Made by a program: the position numbers and the translations under genes
Notes under the pieces: generated by a model
What the model was told of the DNA's origin: nothing
The model's input: the letters and a program-made list of their open reading frames with translations, nothing else
Databases searched by the model: none
Shown: piece after piece, positions 11,637 to 26,600 of the stretch
Numbering within the stretch: the stretch's first letter is position 1
Layout: each line of letters starts with the position of its first letter
Source: Veleropilina oligotropha
Taxonomy: Eukaryota
Length of the DNA: 64,000 bases
Assembly: GCA_048128005.1 (NCBI GenBank)
Contig: JBEUKZ010000007.1
Span: 124,001-188,000, forward strand
Direction of reading: 5' to 3'

Positions 11637-14600
11637 TCATGCCATTGTCTCGTGAATTTCAGCTACAACTTTATCAAATTGAGTGATAAATCCAGGCTGA
11701 AATCTTTAGACATGCAAAAAATACAACCATAACAAGATAAATACTTTGTTCTTCGACTGAAGTAATACCGAGCTGTGGCCGAGTATTGTGAGTATTGGCT
11801 AAATAAAATTATTTTGAGTATTACCGATTTGCGCCTTTTATAAATGCACAACTTTTTCAATGTTATCTATTAAACAGTGTGTTGGCATATGCTTGGCTAT
11901 TCATTCATTCATTTTTATAAAATGTTATGACATATCTTCAAGGGAATGTAACGAAACTAAACACTGAGTCTCTATTACTCAAATTTGAGAATATGAAAAA
12001 AGCCAGTAATTTAGCTTTTTGATTGTGAAATTTAATATTACGTGCTTACCGATGTACAGAAAACTGGAATCGCGAAAACAGAATCTTCGTCAACAAACGG
12101 TTTGAAATCTTCAAACCAAAATACTTCTTCTTTGGTGACTGCAAGCGTATAAAGAAAATGAGTAAATATGGACCACGTCAAAAAGATTTATCGTTAAATA
12201 AAATAACAATGGAACATATATATTATCGCACTTGATTCGTGGAAAACGAATAAGAAATGTTTGGACATAATTATATCCAAGAATTATAAACTACGCTCGA
12301 ATAATGACGGACTAATAGTTCATTGTATTCAATAACAGGCTATAAGTTGTTCTCTGGTTACTTAAGGCATTGCTATAACTGATCTGATAGCGACGTTAAA
12401 TAAATGGTCCCTACTGCGGTATAAAGGAAAGTATGTGTTAAAATGAACGAAACGCATGCAATGCAGGTTAATACGACAGAGCGTGATTTAATGAGTTCGG
12501 GCAGTCATATTGACTATCGCATTGTCTGGCGACTGGAAATATCTTATTTCCACTCTGTTGCTATGCATATTAACTATCGCATTGTCTGGCCACTGGAAAT
12601 ATCTTCTTTCCACTCTGTTGCTATGTATATTGACTATCGCATTGTCTGGCCACTGGAAATATCTTCTTTCTACTCTGTTGCTATGCATTTCGCCTAAGCG
12701 ATGAATACAATTTATCAAGTGCGAGCAAGATAAAACAACACTCAGAGAATGATACGTTCACCTAACCTCTAATGAATAATAGTCTGAGCGCGACCATACG
12801 AGCATCGTACCATTTGAAGAAGACAATTGTATATTAAAAAACAATTAGTTATCGGGAAGATCATAATGGTATTTAGAGAAATGCCCTTAATATTGAAACC
12901 GGGATTAGATTAAGAAAGTATATATTTACCTCGACCGAATGTACCCCGGGTGGCCTGTGTTACCGGGTAGCAGCCGTCTCTCGTCACGGTGATTGTGACC
13001 GGGTGGCCATTGTCGAAGTATTCAAAGACGTCAATCAGAAGAGGGTTGCGGGTATCTCCAAGATGCGCAGAGCCAGTAAAATTAGCAGAATCTGTTTGGA
13101 AATGATTAAATTCATAGAATTACAGTTGCACGCTCAATTTCCAAAATTTCTAGTTTTGTAAGTTCGGTACGTGTTAGAAACACGTTTGTTATAATATAAT
13201 CAAATCGTGTTGCTCAATTGACTCAAACACGTTTAAAATTGCCCTTCCGTTCAGATCATCTTCCCAGTGTTTCCGATAAGATGTGACTTCTGAAATATGC
13301 ACATATTTCCGTAGATGATTAATATTGCACTAACTTACCTGGAATACAATAGACGAATGGGGCAACAAGTGGGGCGGTTCGGCAGATACCATTCTTAATA
13401 GTGTACTCCAGTCCCTAAAAAGAGCGATATAAGCGTGAATATCATATGCTATCCGAGTACCAGTGACGACTGCCATATCATGCATATTAATCCCTTAAAA
13501 CTGACTTCATGGGTTTAGAACAGCATATATGAATTGACAGCTAATGACCACGTTAACAATATTTTAGATATACTAGTACATACAATTATTACTATAAATT
13601 TATAGCATGATGTCATTTTTTTTAAATATTTCTAAATATATTTTTTGCACAAAATGTCATTTTTTTAAATATTTCTAAATATATTTTTTATTAAAAATCT
13701 CCCAAAAAGGTGAATTTATGGAAAAAATCCCGAAAAATGTAATTTTATTTAAAAAAGCAGCATGCTAATTTACTATAAAAAAAAGAAGCTTCCAAAAAAT
13801 GCGATTTAATTAAAAAAAATCCCCCCAAAATCCATTTCAACAATTAAAGGCTAATTTTGGAAACAGCCGATCTACAATATTATTGTAGCACAGCAATACG
13901 ACTTTCCTGGTTTTAACCAATCGACGACAAGGAACTACAATAAAAAATAATAAATATATATATATATATATCGGCCAGCATTGATATAGTTTGGATCAAT
14001 GATCATTGTCCTCTTTGTAACAACCCGTCAGGTTCATACCAAGATAAGGAAAAATTATCACGGGACGAAAAGTAGGTCACCACGGAAAACCACCCTCCTC
14101 TGCTAGTTAATGACAAACTGCTACTGCTAACTGAAAAATAATGCCATTGCCCCAGCTAAGGTTCGAACGCAACCCTGTTCGAAAGAGCAGTGAAGTCAGT
14201 GAATCCAGAGTCGGTCAACCACTCGGTAAACAGAGCGGCTCCTTTAAGCTTTGAGTACAAGTATGTATTCAGGCGTTGTTTAACTGTTTATCTTCTCCGA
14301 TAAGACAACACTAACCGAGTGATATAACCGACACAAACAATAGAAAAATACAAATTAAATAACAAAATATGATTGTAATAAGCTAATAAATTCATCATTA
14401 ATGCAATAAAGTAGTCCCCCATTTGATAACAAACAATATTATAGGTTACATGGTTTGTTAGTGACCTAATATGGATATTTATTGGGTGAGTGGAATTTCA
14501 TATTGGACGAGGCGGAGCAGAGTCCAATATGAAATTCCACTCACCCAATAAATATCCATATTAGGTCACTAACAAACCATGTAACCTATATATCATGGCA

Positions 14601-17600
14601 ACGACCTAATGGTTTAATTATATTTTACTTGAGAATACAGTGCTAATAATAAATTCATTGAATGTCTTAATATTGAGATAAAATAAATTTTAAATTTAGT
14701 CGAATTGATGGTTGAATGGTGGACTTTGTAAATATCGATTTAATGAGTAGCGTATTTGTTCTAGCGATATTGATTTATAATGTTCTCCGTTTGACTTTCT
14801 TGCATCGATGTAAAAGTGACCCAGTACTTCGTCCATTCGGACGGCGTCAAACGTTTCGAAGTTAGTTGGCTGATTTTTTTCGATAAGGTAATATCGGAGG
14901 CAACTAGCAGCGTGCTGGTTACACTTCATCGTAGCTTCTGCATTTACCTTTCTCCTTTTTGCTTCTATATCCTCTAGTGTAGACGATGCAAATCTATTGG
15001 CCATTATGTAATTAACGCAGTTAGGTATTCGATAAATGGGTGTCGTCTGCTAACAGAAATAGTAACAAGGGAAGCAACTCTCGCATCGACGTAATATGAA
15101 AGTCTACTGACAGTATATGAAAATATATTACGTCGGCACGTGACGCGATGCAGCCAATGAATGGGCTGCGTGGCTGTCGGAGTCATGATATAGTTAGTTA
15201 AACCACGGGTCAAGACAAAATAAAGGAGTCACAAAAATGGTTTTAGGATAGTTAAGGAGAAGATTGGCGAAAAATCTGCAGAAACTCTCCCCTTTCATTA
15301 ATTTATCAACAATGTATGGACAAATGGATGCATAGCGCGGACAAGAGGCAAAGAAAGCCACAATAACTGTCGGTGATGTAAATCCGTAATAGAAGTAAAT
15401 GAGTTGTTGCATAATATCAATAACAACAAAAAGTTTAATATCATGATAGATTGAAAAGTATAATAATTTCATCATGCCTAATACAACGTTAAAATTAATT
15501 TTGACTGACGGTATCTGACAATTCAGCCAATTCGCACATAAAAATATAATACAACATGCATTATTGATACTGACAATCAAATAGACAAACATACACACAA
15601 ACGACCAAATTGCAGTGCCATTCGCCCACCACATGTTCCATAATTGCGTGGTGAGCGAGAAGTAATATAGTACTTGAGCTGAGACCCAAAATTTCACTCT
15701 TTGCTACCACTTGGAGTGGCAAATTCTTATGGTGTTTATGTGTTTGCATGACATCTGTGGATTACAAAAAAGTGTGATGGCCATGCCAAAGTGGCAGCTT
15801 TGACCCAGAAATGGGTATATTCCAGATAGCGCCCCAAAATGTTAATACACAATATGTCAGAGACACTAATTTGCAATATTTATTTCCATAAGCAGGGTCA
15901 AATCCTAGCTATGATTATTTGTAAATGTTTATCTATGGGTTACAAACATGCTTATTGGGTATGCCAGAAGATAGCGTTTGAGCCAGATATGAAAATTCAA
16001 GATGGCGTTCAAAAACCGTTAATACTCTGGAAAATCGATGTTTCAATAAATCCGGGAGAGTACCATGAGTATTTTTCAGTCAGAACTGGGTCTACATTAA
16101 AAATGGCTTTCTTAAAACATTTCTTTAGAGGCAGAACATTATCCCTCAGATCCTGGGGCAATAGTGTACAATAATAAAGCTTATCAAAACACAAAGATCA
16201 AAAATATATATTTAAGGTGTCTCGTCTCTGAATAAATAAACTAGAAGGCTGTTTATGTCAATATATAGTGTATCTCCAAAGCATGTAATAATAAAGCTTA
16301 TCAAAACACAATGATCGAAAATATATATCTAAGGTCTCTCGTCTTTGAATAAATAAACTAGAAGGCTGCTTATGTCAATATATAGTGTATCTCCAGAACA
16401 TATGTCATTGTGGACACCAAGTCATGAATTTCAGGACGACATATGGTGCTGGCTGACCCGTCATCCAACAAATAAACAACTTTCCATACTCTTCACTTCA
16501 ACCAAACCCAGCAGGATCAGTAATGTTTGAGTTATTCTCCATACTGCGGCGTCACACAGCTGTTTGATAATTAGCCCTTAGAACATGCATGTTCTGATAA
16601 CCTTCTCATGGTGCCACCTGACCCGATTCCAGCTCTCCTCTCCTGCCCATGAGCAACTGATAATGCAGGTGGTTAACCTTGCTGGTCTTGGACGTGGTTG
16701 GGTACAATCGGCGCGTGAATTCCTCAAGACTTTCGAACAAGTCGGGTGGTATCAGCCATTCATTTCCTAATTTGGTGAAAGCCTCTTGATGCACTACGTT
16801 AGACTTCAACAGACGATTTCACCAGGCAAGTCCAAGTTAGACATATCTAACCATTGGAAGTCTTCTTAGACCGAGTTCAATTTTAAACACAATTTAAATT
16901 ACACCAACGTCGTCTACAAATTGTTAAACACAGTCTAGTAAGACGTAGTCCAATGCGGTTTAGGCATTTCCCGTGCATCGGATGTAAAAGGAGAGCAATT
17001 GAATTAACGAAATGCGACTCATCAAATTGGGGTCAAAGAAAGTTTGCGTCATAGTAGTATCTATCGATCATGTATAATTTGAAAATGGCTGTGCAGACGG
17101 GTAATCAAAACAATTGTTACATTGATATATATATGCAGTTTTTCTGGTGACTATAAGAGTGTGAAATGATGTAATTGAATGTGTAAAATGTGATGGAGCG
17201 ATATCATCGACTGTTTATTTTAATATTTGAAGTATACATGGAGAATCGATCACAACCTTTCTAGTTTTTCGGTGGCATTGCAATCTACAGTATTGTATTA
17301 TCTCTCTTCGTCAGTAGATGGTCGTTGAACAGTCGTGAGAAGAAATCTCTAACATGTATTGTATACGCGTTATCACCTAGCAGGATGCCGTATACTCTCT
17401 AACCAGCTAGACAGTCACTGGGAAAACTATCCTGAAACATGCGACTGCCATGAGTAGAATATTGCCTGCGTACAGCATTCCGAAATTATTATCTTGTCAT
17501 TACACACCATCTGAAAATTCAGGGAACAGTTACCTTTTAGATTCATATAAATAGCATGGCTGGACAATCGTGTTGAACAAGTACTAATGATGAGTGTACC

Positions 17601-20600
17601 ATTGGGTAGTTTACATTATCAAATTTAAGCCAGTTCGAAACCGGTTTATTTTAATGCGCATATAATTGGCGTGTGAAAACGCAAATGAGTCGACTTGAAC
17701 CGGCTTCAAAATAATCCACCTCCTGCTGTGGTTTGAAACCAGCTTAAATATTTTAATCCGATCCCAGGCGCGGATCCAGGGGGGGGCGCACCCGGCACGC
17801 GCCCCCCTAATGTTGGCCAAGCATACTAAAATAATATGTATAATCTGATGCAAATGAAATTCAGACATTTGCAATGTAATAATGCAGGAGGGGGGATTTC
17901 ACATCGTTAATTGTCAAAATTTTCTTGTGCGTGGGGCGCCGACCCCACGCGGACAATTCGATTATGATAAAGTAAATACAAATTTGACTCGTGCTATTTG
18001 AGTGACGGTGGTTCATAAAAAGTTAGAATGAAATATCGCTTTTGCCCTGTCAGCGTGCAGGAGAGGGGGTTTCAGGCTGTTGATTCTCAAAATTTTCTTT
18101 CGCGTGGGGCCCTGCCCCCACGTGAACAGTTGATAATAAATTCAGCGCCCCCTAAGCGACATTCCTGGATCCGCGCCTGGATCCAGTTTGTAGTGTTAAC
18201 GCGAAAGTGACTTCGAATCGGTTTGCCTCGCTTTGAGTCGTATGTATGCACATGCTTCTATCGATGCGCGGATGCACACGTGACCTACGATTACAAGGTG
18301 ATAAGCACTGATGACACCCACATAGATAATCTTTAATTGTGTGTGAACGCAAATTAAACCGGATTATTTTTAACCGGTTCGAACCGATTTATTTTAATGC
18401 GAATTATATTTGGTAGTGTTAACGGGGCTTAGGACATGGGTCGAGGTGCGTCTACAATTTCATAAATTCTTCGTCTAAATTTAGACTCTGCCAGATATAG
18501 ACAACGTTGTTGAAATGAAATCGTGTTTATACAGAGTCTCCAATCGCCGAAGACTGAGTCTAGATGGATCCAATTCGGACGACTAAGACCTCGTTGGTGA
18601 AACGTAGTTTTAATGTAGACATAGTCTAAAAGATTTTGGACAGAGTCTAGATTGGACTTGGATGGTGAAATCGGCTGCAAGGGTTACTCAATCTGTAGTT
18701 TCCGTTTACCTCCGAATGCACCAACTCAGTACAAACATGCAATCGCAGTAATGCTTTACATACCCTCTCTCCACAGATGCTGAGACTTTCTTCACGTCAA
18801 TGAATATTTCTAGACGTTTGGTACCTCACTTGGACAATCCATATCGCTGTTGGAAGCTAATGAAAGTACAAACACATTGGTATCTTCGAATTCGACGACC
18901 AAAGAATGGGACTCTGTTACAACATGCCGTGCGTGCAAAAACATGCGAGTATCGGTTTCTTCCTGCGTTGACTCCAGTACCGCGACTTCGTGGGAAAAAT
19001 CACCTGTTATTCTAAAGCTCGTCGTCTCAGACGTGACATACATTATTAACTTTTCGATGTTTGTTCTTAACTTTGGAGTATGCCAGTCCTGCACCAGGAA
19101 CTTGTTTAAGTTTGTTTTGATATTTAAAGAGGACAGGAGTCTTCTCCACTGCCTTATCCTGTGACCGAGGACAATGTTACGTAAGAGTACACCCGTTTCC
19201 GACCCATTTACCATCTCCGCTCTGTTGACGAAATGTTCATCGTTTACATCAATTAGCACATCAATGCGATGACTTACTTATCCTATGAGCAATGCAGCCC
19301 GAAAGGTCACTCCAGAAAGCTGTCCAAAAATCATGTTATCTGCATTTACTTTATGTACCAAACTCATTCCATCTATGATGCAAGCCGAGGGTTGTGGGAT
19401 GTCTTCAGCTGATGCTACGTCCTTTTTCAGGTGTAGTGTCAAGGCTGCTTTGTGATTTTATTCAGTGACCCGTCTCAGTTACACAATGATCAAGGCAACG
19501 GTCCAAGAGGATGCATTATTATCTTGCTCATCGTCAAGTTTATGCTACTTGCGATTATCATCATATGGCCAAATAGCTTGTGATCCGCTTTGAGGATTGT
19601 CTGTTTATTGGATGTGCTGAATGTCTTCTGTTTCTTGATATCCTTGAATGTCTTGAGTTTATGTTTCTCGTGTCTGTCGTGAAATTTCGCTGTCTGCGTT
19701 ACAATTCACTCTTCTTGGAATTATTGGTAGGCTGCATCGACGACTTCATAAGCCCTCAACAGATCGTTGGCGACATCGGCAAGAGCCACTGTTGACGTTG
19801 AAATGCACATCAAATCACCCTGGCTAATATCAAAATGAATCGCTTTTCATGAGATCGACGAATGACTGGACATATGTTTTATCTTTATACGAGGTGCTTC
19901 AAGTTCCGGATGATTTAGACCAGGGGACTGCAGCTGAGTCATCTTTATAATCTGTCTAACACATGTACTTCTTAACTTGTGAAGTAATATCTACTGACGA
20001 CTCCTAATTTGACATTGAACCCTTTGATTCCACCAGCTGTTTTCGTGTCTTTGTGTATTGTCTCTTCATAAATAGTTTAATCAACTGGGATCGGACCGAA
20101 ACTGTTCTTGTCTCCACGCTGCACCGAGAATCTTCCGGCTAAAAGATGTGAATAGACATTCATAAGATCCTCTGGAAACCTCGTCATTTCTGTGAAGTAA
20201 ACTGACAAATATCGAGTGTAATTGATTATAATATGTACCAGCAAATATCCAAGTTGAGTTGAGTTGAGTTGACAACTTTGTTTTACGACACCTTGGGCAA
20301 TTTTTAAGCTTTAACGTGGTCGGGACACCCGGTTTAAGGTCTCACTCCGATCTGACCGACATACATTATGGATATGCCATCTATTAGTTTTAAGCCTTAG
20401 AATAATCCATGCCACAGCGGGCTTGAACCCACATCCTACCGTCCCACATAACGTTTTTCCGACGCTCTAACCAGTTGGGCTATCGAGGACGGATCTTAAT
20501 ACTTAATTTTCCATGATTTGAGGCTTTAAAGTTATATATATAATCGATTTGGAATCTAATTTTGTAAAATGTGCATATTCACTTAACAGAATATGCACAT

Positions 20601-23600
20601 TTTACAAAAGTAACATTCAAATCAATTATATTTATAACTTTAACCCCTCAATTCATCAAAAACTAAGCTTTGAGAGCCGTCATCTTGGATTGACCTACTT
20701 TTATCACAAAGCTACTAATTTGACATGGCCATCACATTTTTTTGTTATCTAGAGGTACAAATGAGTGGTAAAATCACAATGACGTTTTGCCACTCTGAAT
20801 GGTAGCAGTTCGTCCCCCAGCAATACGGCCTTTCATATCGATACTATTTCGTATATTGTTTCTCTCCACATCCCTCTCACCGTCGAGTAATCCTGAATGA
20901 CTTTGGTGTGGGCTCGGGCGTTTCTGTCGTCATGGGTATCCCTGACGACTACCTGTCGAGCCGCGTCGCTATAGATCTTGCCAGTTTCCTGGAAGAGAAA
21001 ACATATAATGTATGAAATTATAAATATATACAGCAATCTTATTTCAAAATCAACTGAAGTATCTATCTCGCTTTGAAATATATAGAAGATATAACACACA
21101 CATCAAAATGCAAAATCCGCTTCTCACCTGTGACTGGGAATAGAAGATAACAACTCTTGACCTCGCGAGATGTCTCAAATGACGTGGGATGTTAACCAAC
21201 TCAGTTCTGATGAAAATTCTGGGATCGAGTTGAATGCCCACTGCGAGTTGCATTGATTTTGCTTCGCAACATGGAAATTACACCTTTTGGGTATTCTTAA
21301 GTTATTACATAAACGGGGAGATTAAATGCAAATGTGTAATATTCCGTTATAAATGCGCATTGGTCATAGTGTGCTGCATCTCTAAGCAAGCCGCATTATT
21401 AGATAACCTACATGCTCTTGTACGTCTGTCCGACTATCCGTGTTGAAACTGTCCCCTAGTGCTGACAAGGTTGCAGACCACTGCGCAGGGAGGCAACACA
21501 CCGGTGGCGGCGGCTCGCAAACGGCTGGTACCGTGAACACGCTAGTGTCGTTGATGCCTGCCTTGATGTTAATGTAGTTTCTCTCAGAGGTAAAGTCAAC
21601 TGGAATGAAATATGGTTTACCATAAGAAGAGTTTACTGTGATTTAATTACTCCTCGCTAATCAGATTAAATTTGTATTTTTTGCGTGAGCGGAATAAACC
21701 GATCTAATAGTAATCATACAATGAAGTCTAAATTTCTAAATTGCAACGATAATGCAATAATAACCTACAGTCAATCAGTGACCTCTTCATCGAATGTTCA
21801 TATATAGTCATAAACGCTCCTGTGTGGCTGCAAAATACGCATCGCCCTGTAGTCCTTGCATACAAATACGTAGATTTATACAGTAACAATTTCATGATAT
21901 ATGATAGGTTTATTACTAATATATTGGAGTAACTTTTCTATTATTCTGATAATGAACAATAATTATCAAATCTTTTTATCAAATTATCAAATTCTTCAAG
22001 ATCTGACGTTTAATTAATTACTCATACAGAGAGTCCCTGTCTAGAATTTCCGTAATATTCCGACAATCAATTGGTGACGTCAGATGTGACGTCACGTACG
22101 TCTTTATGACGTTAATCCGCCGTTCTGATTGGATGACGTTAGTTACGTAAATATCCTTATCTTGCTTATGACGTTAATCCGCCGTTCTGATTGGATGACG
22201 TTGGTTACGTAAATACCCTTATACTCCTCCTGTTTGACGTCATTTTCACTCATGAGTAGTACAAATAACTTATTACCCGTCTCCATGGAGATCGGGGAGG
22301 CTCGGCTCATTCCGTAAACTCGAATAATGTTGTCAGCTTCGTTAGATGTAAACATATAGGTAAATTGTTGCACTCGTAAAATGTGACAAACAACAATGTT
22401 AGGTTAATTAATAGATAGGGAAAATATAATTCAAATTAAAAGCAAGATAAATTCGTTGTCGAATCTTCGTCTTGGTAGTATACGGTACGTTGAACACCTA
22501 TTGACGTTGAACCCCTCTGCTATCGCCTCGGGGTTAAACGTCAAACGGTGTACAATGCACCGTATACTACTGCGACGTCGCTCGACAACTTATATTATCT
22601 TACTTTAGCTCTTAATACTGCAATCTGATTGGTTAACGTTCCTTCGACAATTACCGTATTCCCCACCCAGGCGGGGTATATGAATTATTAATACCTTACG
22701 TAGTTGTGTGTACTATTGTGATTTGGAGCGCCCTCGAAGACAAGGGAGATAATTTTGAACATGTCGTCTGCCAAAACATCAATACAAATGTTAAGTCATG
22801 GAATCGTACATCGTTTCGAAAATTATGCATCAACTTCATTTTATAGTCGTAACGGTTTACACTTTTGACATTTTCATGTAAAATAAAATATTCAATTATC
22901 CTTATTTAGTTAATTTTGGTGTTTACTTCAACTTCCTATTATTCTCCTGCGGAGAGACGTCATTTATCTACCGTACTGTACGGAGTATTCTTAATTTCTC
23001 TGTCTGGAGAGTGACTGTTGCTAGGCATTATTATTACATTATAATGGGCGCGTCGGAATATCTTCAAAATATATATAATGTATATTGGTATGCATGCATT
23101 TGCCACAAACTTAGTTTGTGTGTTTTTCAATAATCATGCCAATCCTGCTAAATATCACAGTTATAACGAAAGAAATATTTTTATATTGAACATGAAGTTT
23201 TACACATGATCTTCGGCAGAGCTGAAATCATAATTTTAGGAACGCGGTTTTTTAGTAACACCAATAGAATATTTAAAATGGGTTCTTTCACGGAAAAACG
23301 GAGTTGGAATAGAAAATTGTTCAAAAGGTATGATTTTATTTTATTGAAGTAAGATAAATTCGTTGTCGGCATAGCCCTCGTGAAATATGGGTCTATGTAC
23401 CGTTTGTGAGAATTTATTAACCTCGACTTCGTCTCGCTTAATAAATTCTCACAAACAGGTACATAGACCCATATTCCCATCGGGCAATGCCGACAACTTA
23501 TATTATTACCACTTTGATATATTTCCTCGTTTTTATGTCTTGACCTTTTTGTAAAAATGGACAAGACATTATCAAATGGTCCGTGTGTATATACTTATAT

Positions 23601-26600
23601 ACTTATATATATATATATATATATATCCGTCGATTTATTTGAAAACTACCCGCTCAATTTTCACCAAATTTTGGTACACACATTCCCAAGAGTATTTGTA
23701 GGTCGTGTATATAACTTTCGCGACACAATTTTGCAAAAATATGCATTTATTGAGCACTTTTATCCATATTTGTATATAACGGATGTCTAATATTGCAAGC
23801 AAATGGCAATGACGTCATTACGACGTCGCCTTAGATTAATCGTCATTTGGTGACGTCACAATCGACGGGGTAGTAAATTAAGCCATGAAGTACTTGCACT
23901 TAGCCATTGTATTAACTGTTATGAAAATTTGAGGGAAATAAAGAAAGGTCAAGACATATTTCGAACGCGTCGTTCTTGTTCATTGGTCAATGAGTAATGC
24001 ATAAATCTCAGTGTATGCTAGGTAACGTTAATTTGCCGGGTATAACAATTTGGTATACCCCGGCAAAATGCGGTCACTGGTTTTGCCGTGGTATATCAAT
24101 TCTCAAACGTTGTTGACAAATAATCAAGATGGCGGACTTCACTCGCTTCAGATTATATTTACCTAATTAAACATTCACTAGTCAAATGTAACGAAATGCC
24201 ACTACACCAAATAGCAATATTTTTCTCAGTAGTTATCATAAATAAACAAGAACGACGCATTCGGAATATGTATTGACTTTTCTTTATATCCGTCAAATTT
24301 TCAGAACAGTTATAACGTTACAATGTCAAAGTGTACTTACCACCCCGTTGATTGTGACGTCACCCAATGACGATTAATCAAAAGCGTCATCGTAATGACG
24401 TCATTGCTATTTACATTAATTTGCCGAAGTATAACAGTTTGGTATACCCCGCCAAAATGCGGTAACGTGATTTTGACGTGGTATACCAAAATGTTTGTTT
24501 AAATGATGAACGTTATAGTGATATCGACAGTATTTATTTAGGCCTAAATATGAACAAAACTGTGAATAAGAAGGGGTAATAAATTCGCCATACTGGCTAT
24601 TGACGGCTGCGCCGAAGGAAATACGAAATTTTGGAGGGTGGTAAAATCCCGTATACCCCGTCAAGAGCCAGTGTAACTAATATTATCTTGCTTATGACGT
24701 TAATCCACCGTTTTGATTGGATGACGTTAGTTACGTAAATACCCTTACCCCTCTTGTTATAGACGTCATTTTCAAAAACGAGTAGTACAAATAACTTATT
24801 ACCCGTCTCCATGGAGATCGGGGAGGCTCGGCTCATTCCGTAAACTCGAATAACGTTGTCAGCTTCGTTAGATGTAAACATATATGCAAATGTCTGCGCT
24901 CGTAAAATGTGACAAAGAACAATGTTAGGTTAATTAATAGATAGGGAAATTATAATTCAAATTAAAAGCAAGATAAATTCGTTGTCGAATCTTCGTATTG
25001 GTAGTATATGATACGTTGTACACCTATTGACGTTGAACCCCTCGGCGATAAATCAAACGGTGTACAATGCATACCGTATACTACCGCGACGTCGCTCGAC
25101 CACTTATAGTATTCCTTATGACCTATTATCACACAAAGGGCTATTATGGTATTGAAATGGCTCAAAACAGTAACCTCTATCAAATATCAAAACGTTACAA
25201 AAACGTTCTTCAGGAGTTGACGTATTCATCAAATACCACTTTTCGTCGCTATGAAATTGCTGATGATACATCAAAGCAACATTTTTAAGGAATATGTTTT
25301 ATCTTTGCAGATAACAGATAATTGGAAATTGAAATATAGAAATAGTAACATTAGTTAGGCCTACGTCCATCTAGGGATCCTCGTATTGTCATAGACATCG
25401 GGTAACACTCGTCCGGTGTGACTAGGGCCGAAACAGTGAAGTTGTACGCTTGGAAGGAGAAGGAATTCACCAAAATGGGATGAGTATCAGGACCAAAGTA
25501 GGATGTTCCATGAAAGGTAGCATTTACTTCCTCTGAAAATATAAGTAAATAAAATGATTAATGAATGAACTAGATTAAAATCGAGCGGACGTGCAGGATG
25601 GATGGATGGATATACATTCTATTATTTTAAGCAGTAGAATAAGCCGACGGCTGGTCTCGAACCCGGGCCCTCCTGGCTGTTTCGTTTAAGTGTCCAATGC
25701 GTTATCCACTCACCAGGAGAAGCAGTTGATGGATGGATGGATGGATGGATGAATGAAAGCAGGTTATAATATATCCAACTTAGGTCTGGTCAAGAGAACA
25801 CCGGAAATTCTCACCCAGTTGATCGGATGATGTTAACTGTTCGCCATTTTAGGACATATCACAACTTACCATCAAAACACTGAACATGCGGAAACGTAAG
25901 TTCACTTCGGGTACACGATTTATCGTCAAGGTTCATTACGTATTGGTAACCCTGAAAATGTTGATTAAATATCAAATATGCAACATTTGAGAGCTTTTCA
26001 CCATTTCTTTTACCCCTTTTGTTGCCCTTTCATGGTAAATAACAGTGTCATATATTAGAATGCTGTTATGCTCATATGTTAATCAAAAATTTAATTGATT
26101 GAATAAATAGTCTCATTCCAATCGCGTTTACACTAATGTTGTCATTGATATACGTTCATAAGATATTTCCTTATAAGTAAATAGTTGTCTTTATATGAAT
26201 AATTAATGTACATAATAATGCTATATTCGTATACCATATATACATCAGATGTATATTATATATATATATATTATTTATTTAAAACTGATTTTAAGGATAA
26301 ACATATCATTTTCACTCACCGTATTATAATTGAAAATGGTATGTGTAGAATTCGTATTTACACCGTCTCCAAAACGAGTAACTGCGAGAAATTCATTTTT
26401 ATCATCGTAAAAGAACTTATATACAAGCTAGAAAGAAAACACGGTTATTATTGATATCATAAATTCGTTGGCAAAAGTACTATAACAGACAAAATTTACC
26501 CCAAGTCAAAGTAACTTGTAGAGCGCCAACGATCATTTACATTTTCATACGGGGTCAGGCAGGATGAGAATCGCACACTCCATCATATGAATTCGGGTTA

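Larger units (their letters stand above)
15668..20846 (-). mobile_element. Degraded Academ-like DNA transposon with long subterminal inverted repeats
   Basis: XPG/PIN-like motif LESTQEETDTRMFLHARH...EDTNVFVL (18810-19259); C-terminal HQEAFTKLGNEW...LESGQVAP...HVLRANYQ (16500-16800); inverted similarity 15700-15835 vs 20675-20810; both ends start TAGTA. Confidence 0.65.

Noticed and set aside
14696..15004. Host KCTD1/QRICH1/ZMYM-like gene
   Set aside because: Intronless, truncated before the catalytic/DUF3504 region, nested in an intron and flanked by a palindrome; better explained as a Crypton relic.
20420..20492. tRNA genes (also the heads at 4579, 41195, 58030)
   Set aside because: A/B boxes are present but the cloverleafs are broken and each is fused to a repeated body, so these are SINE heads.
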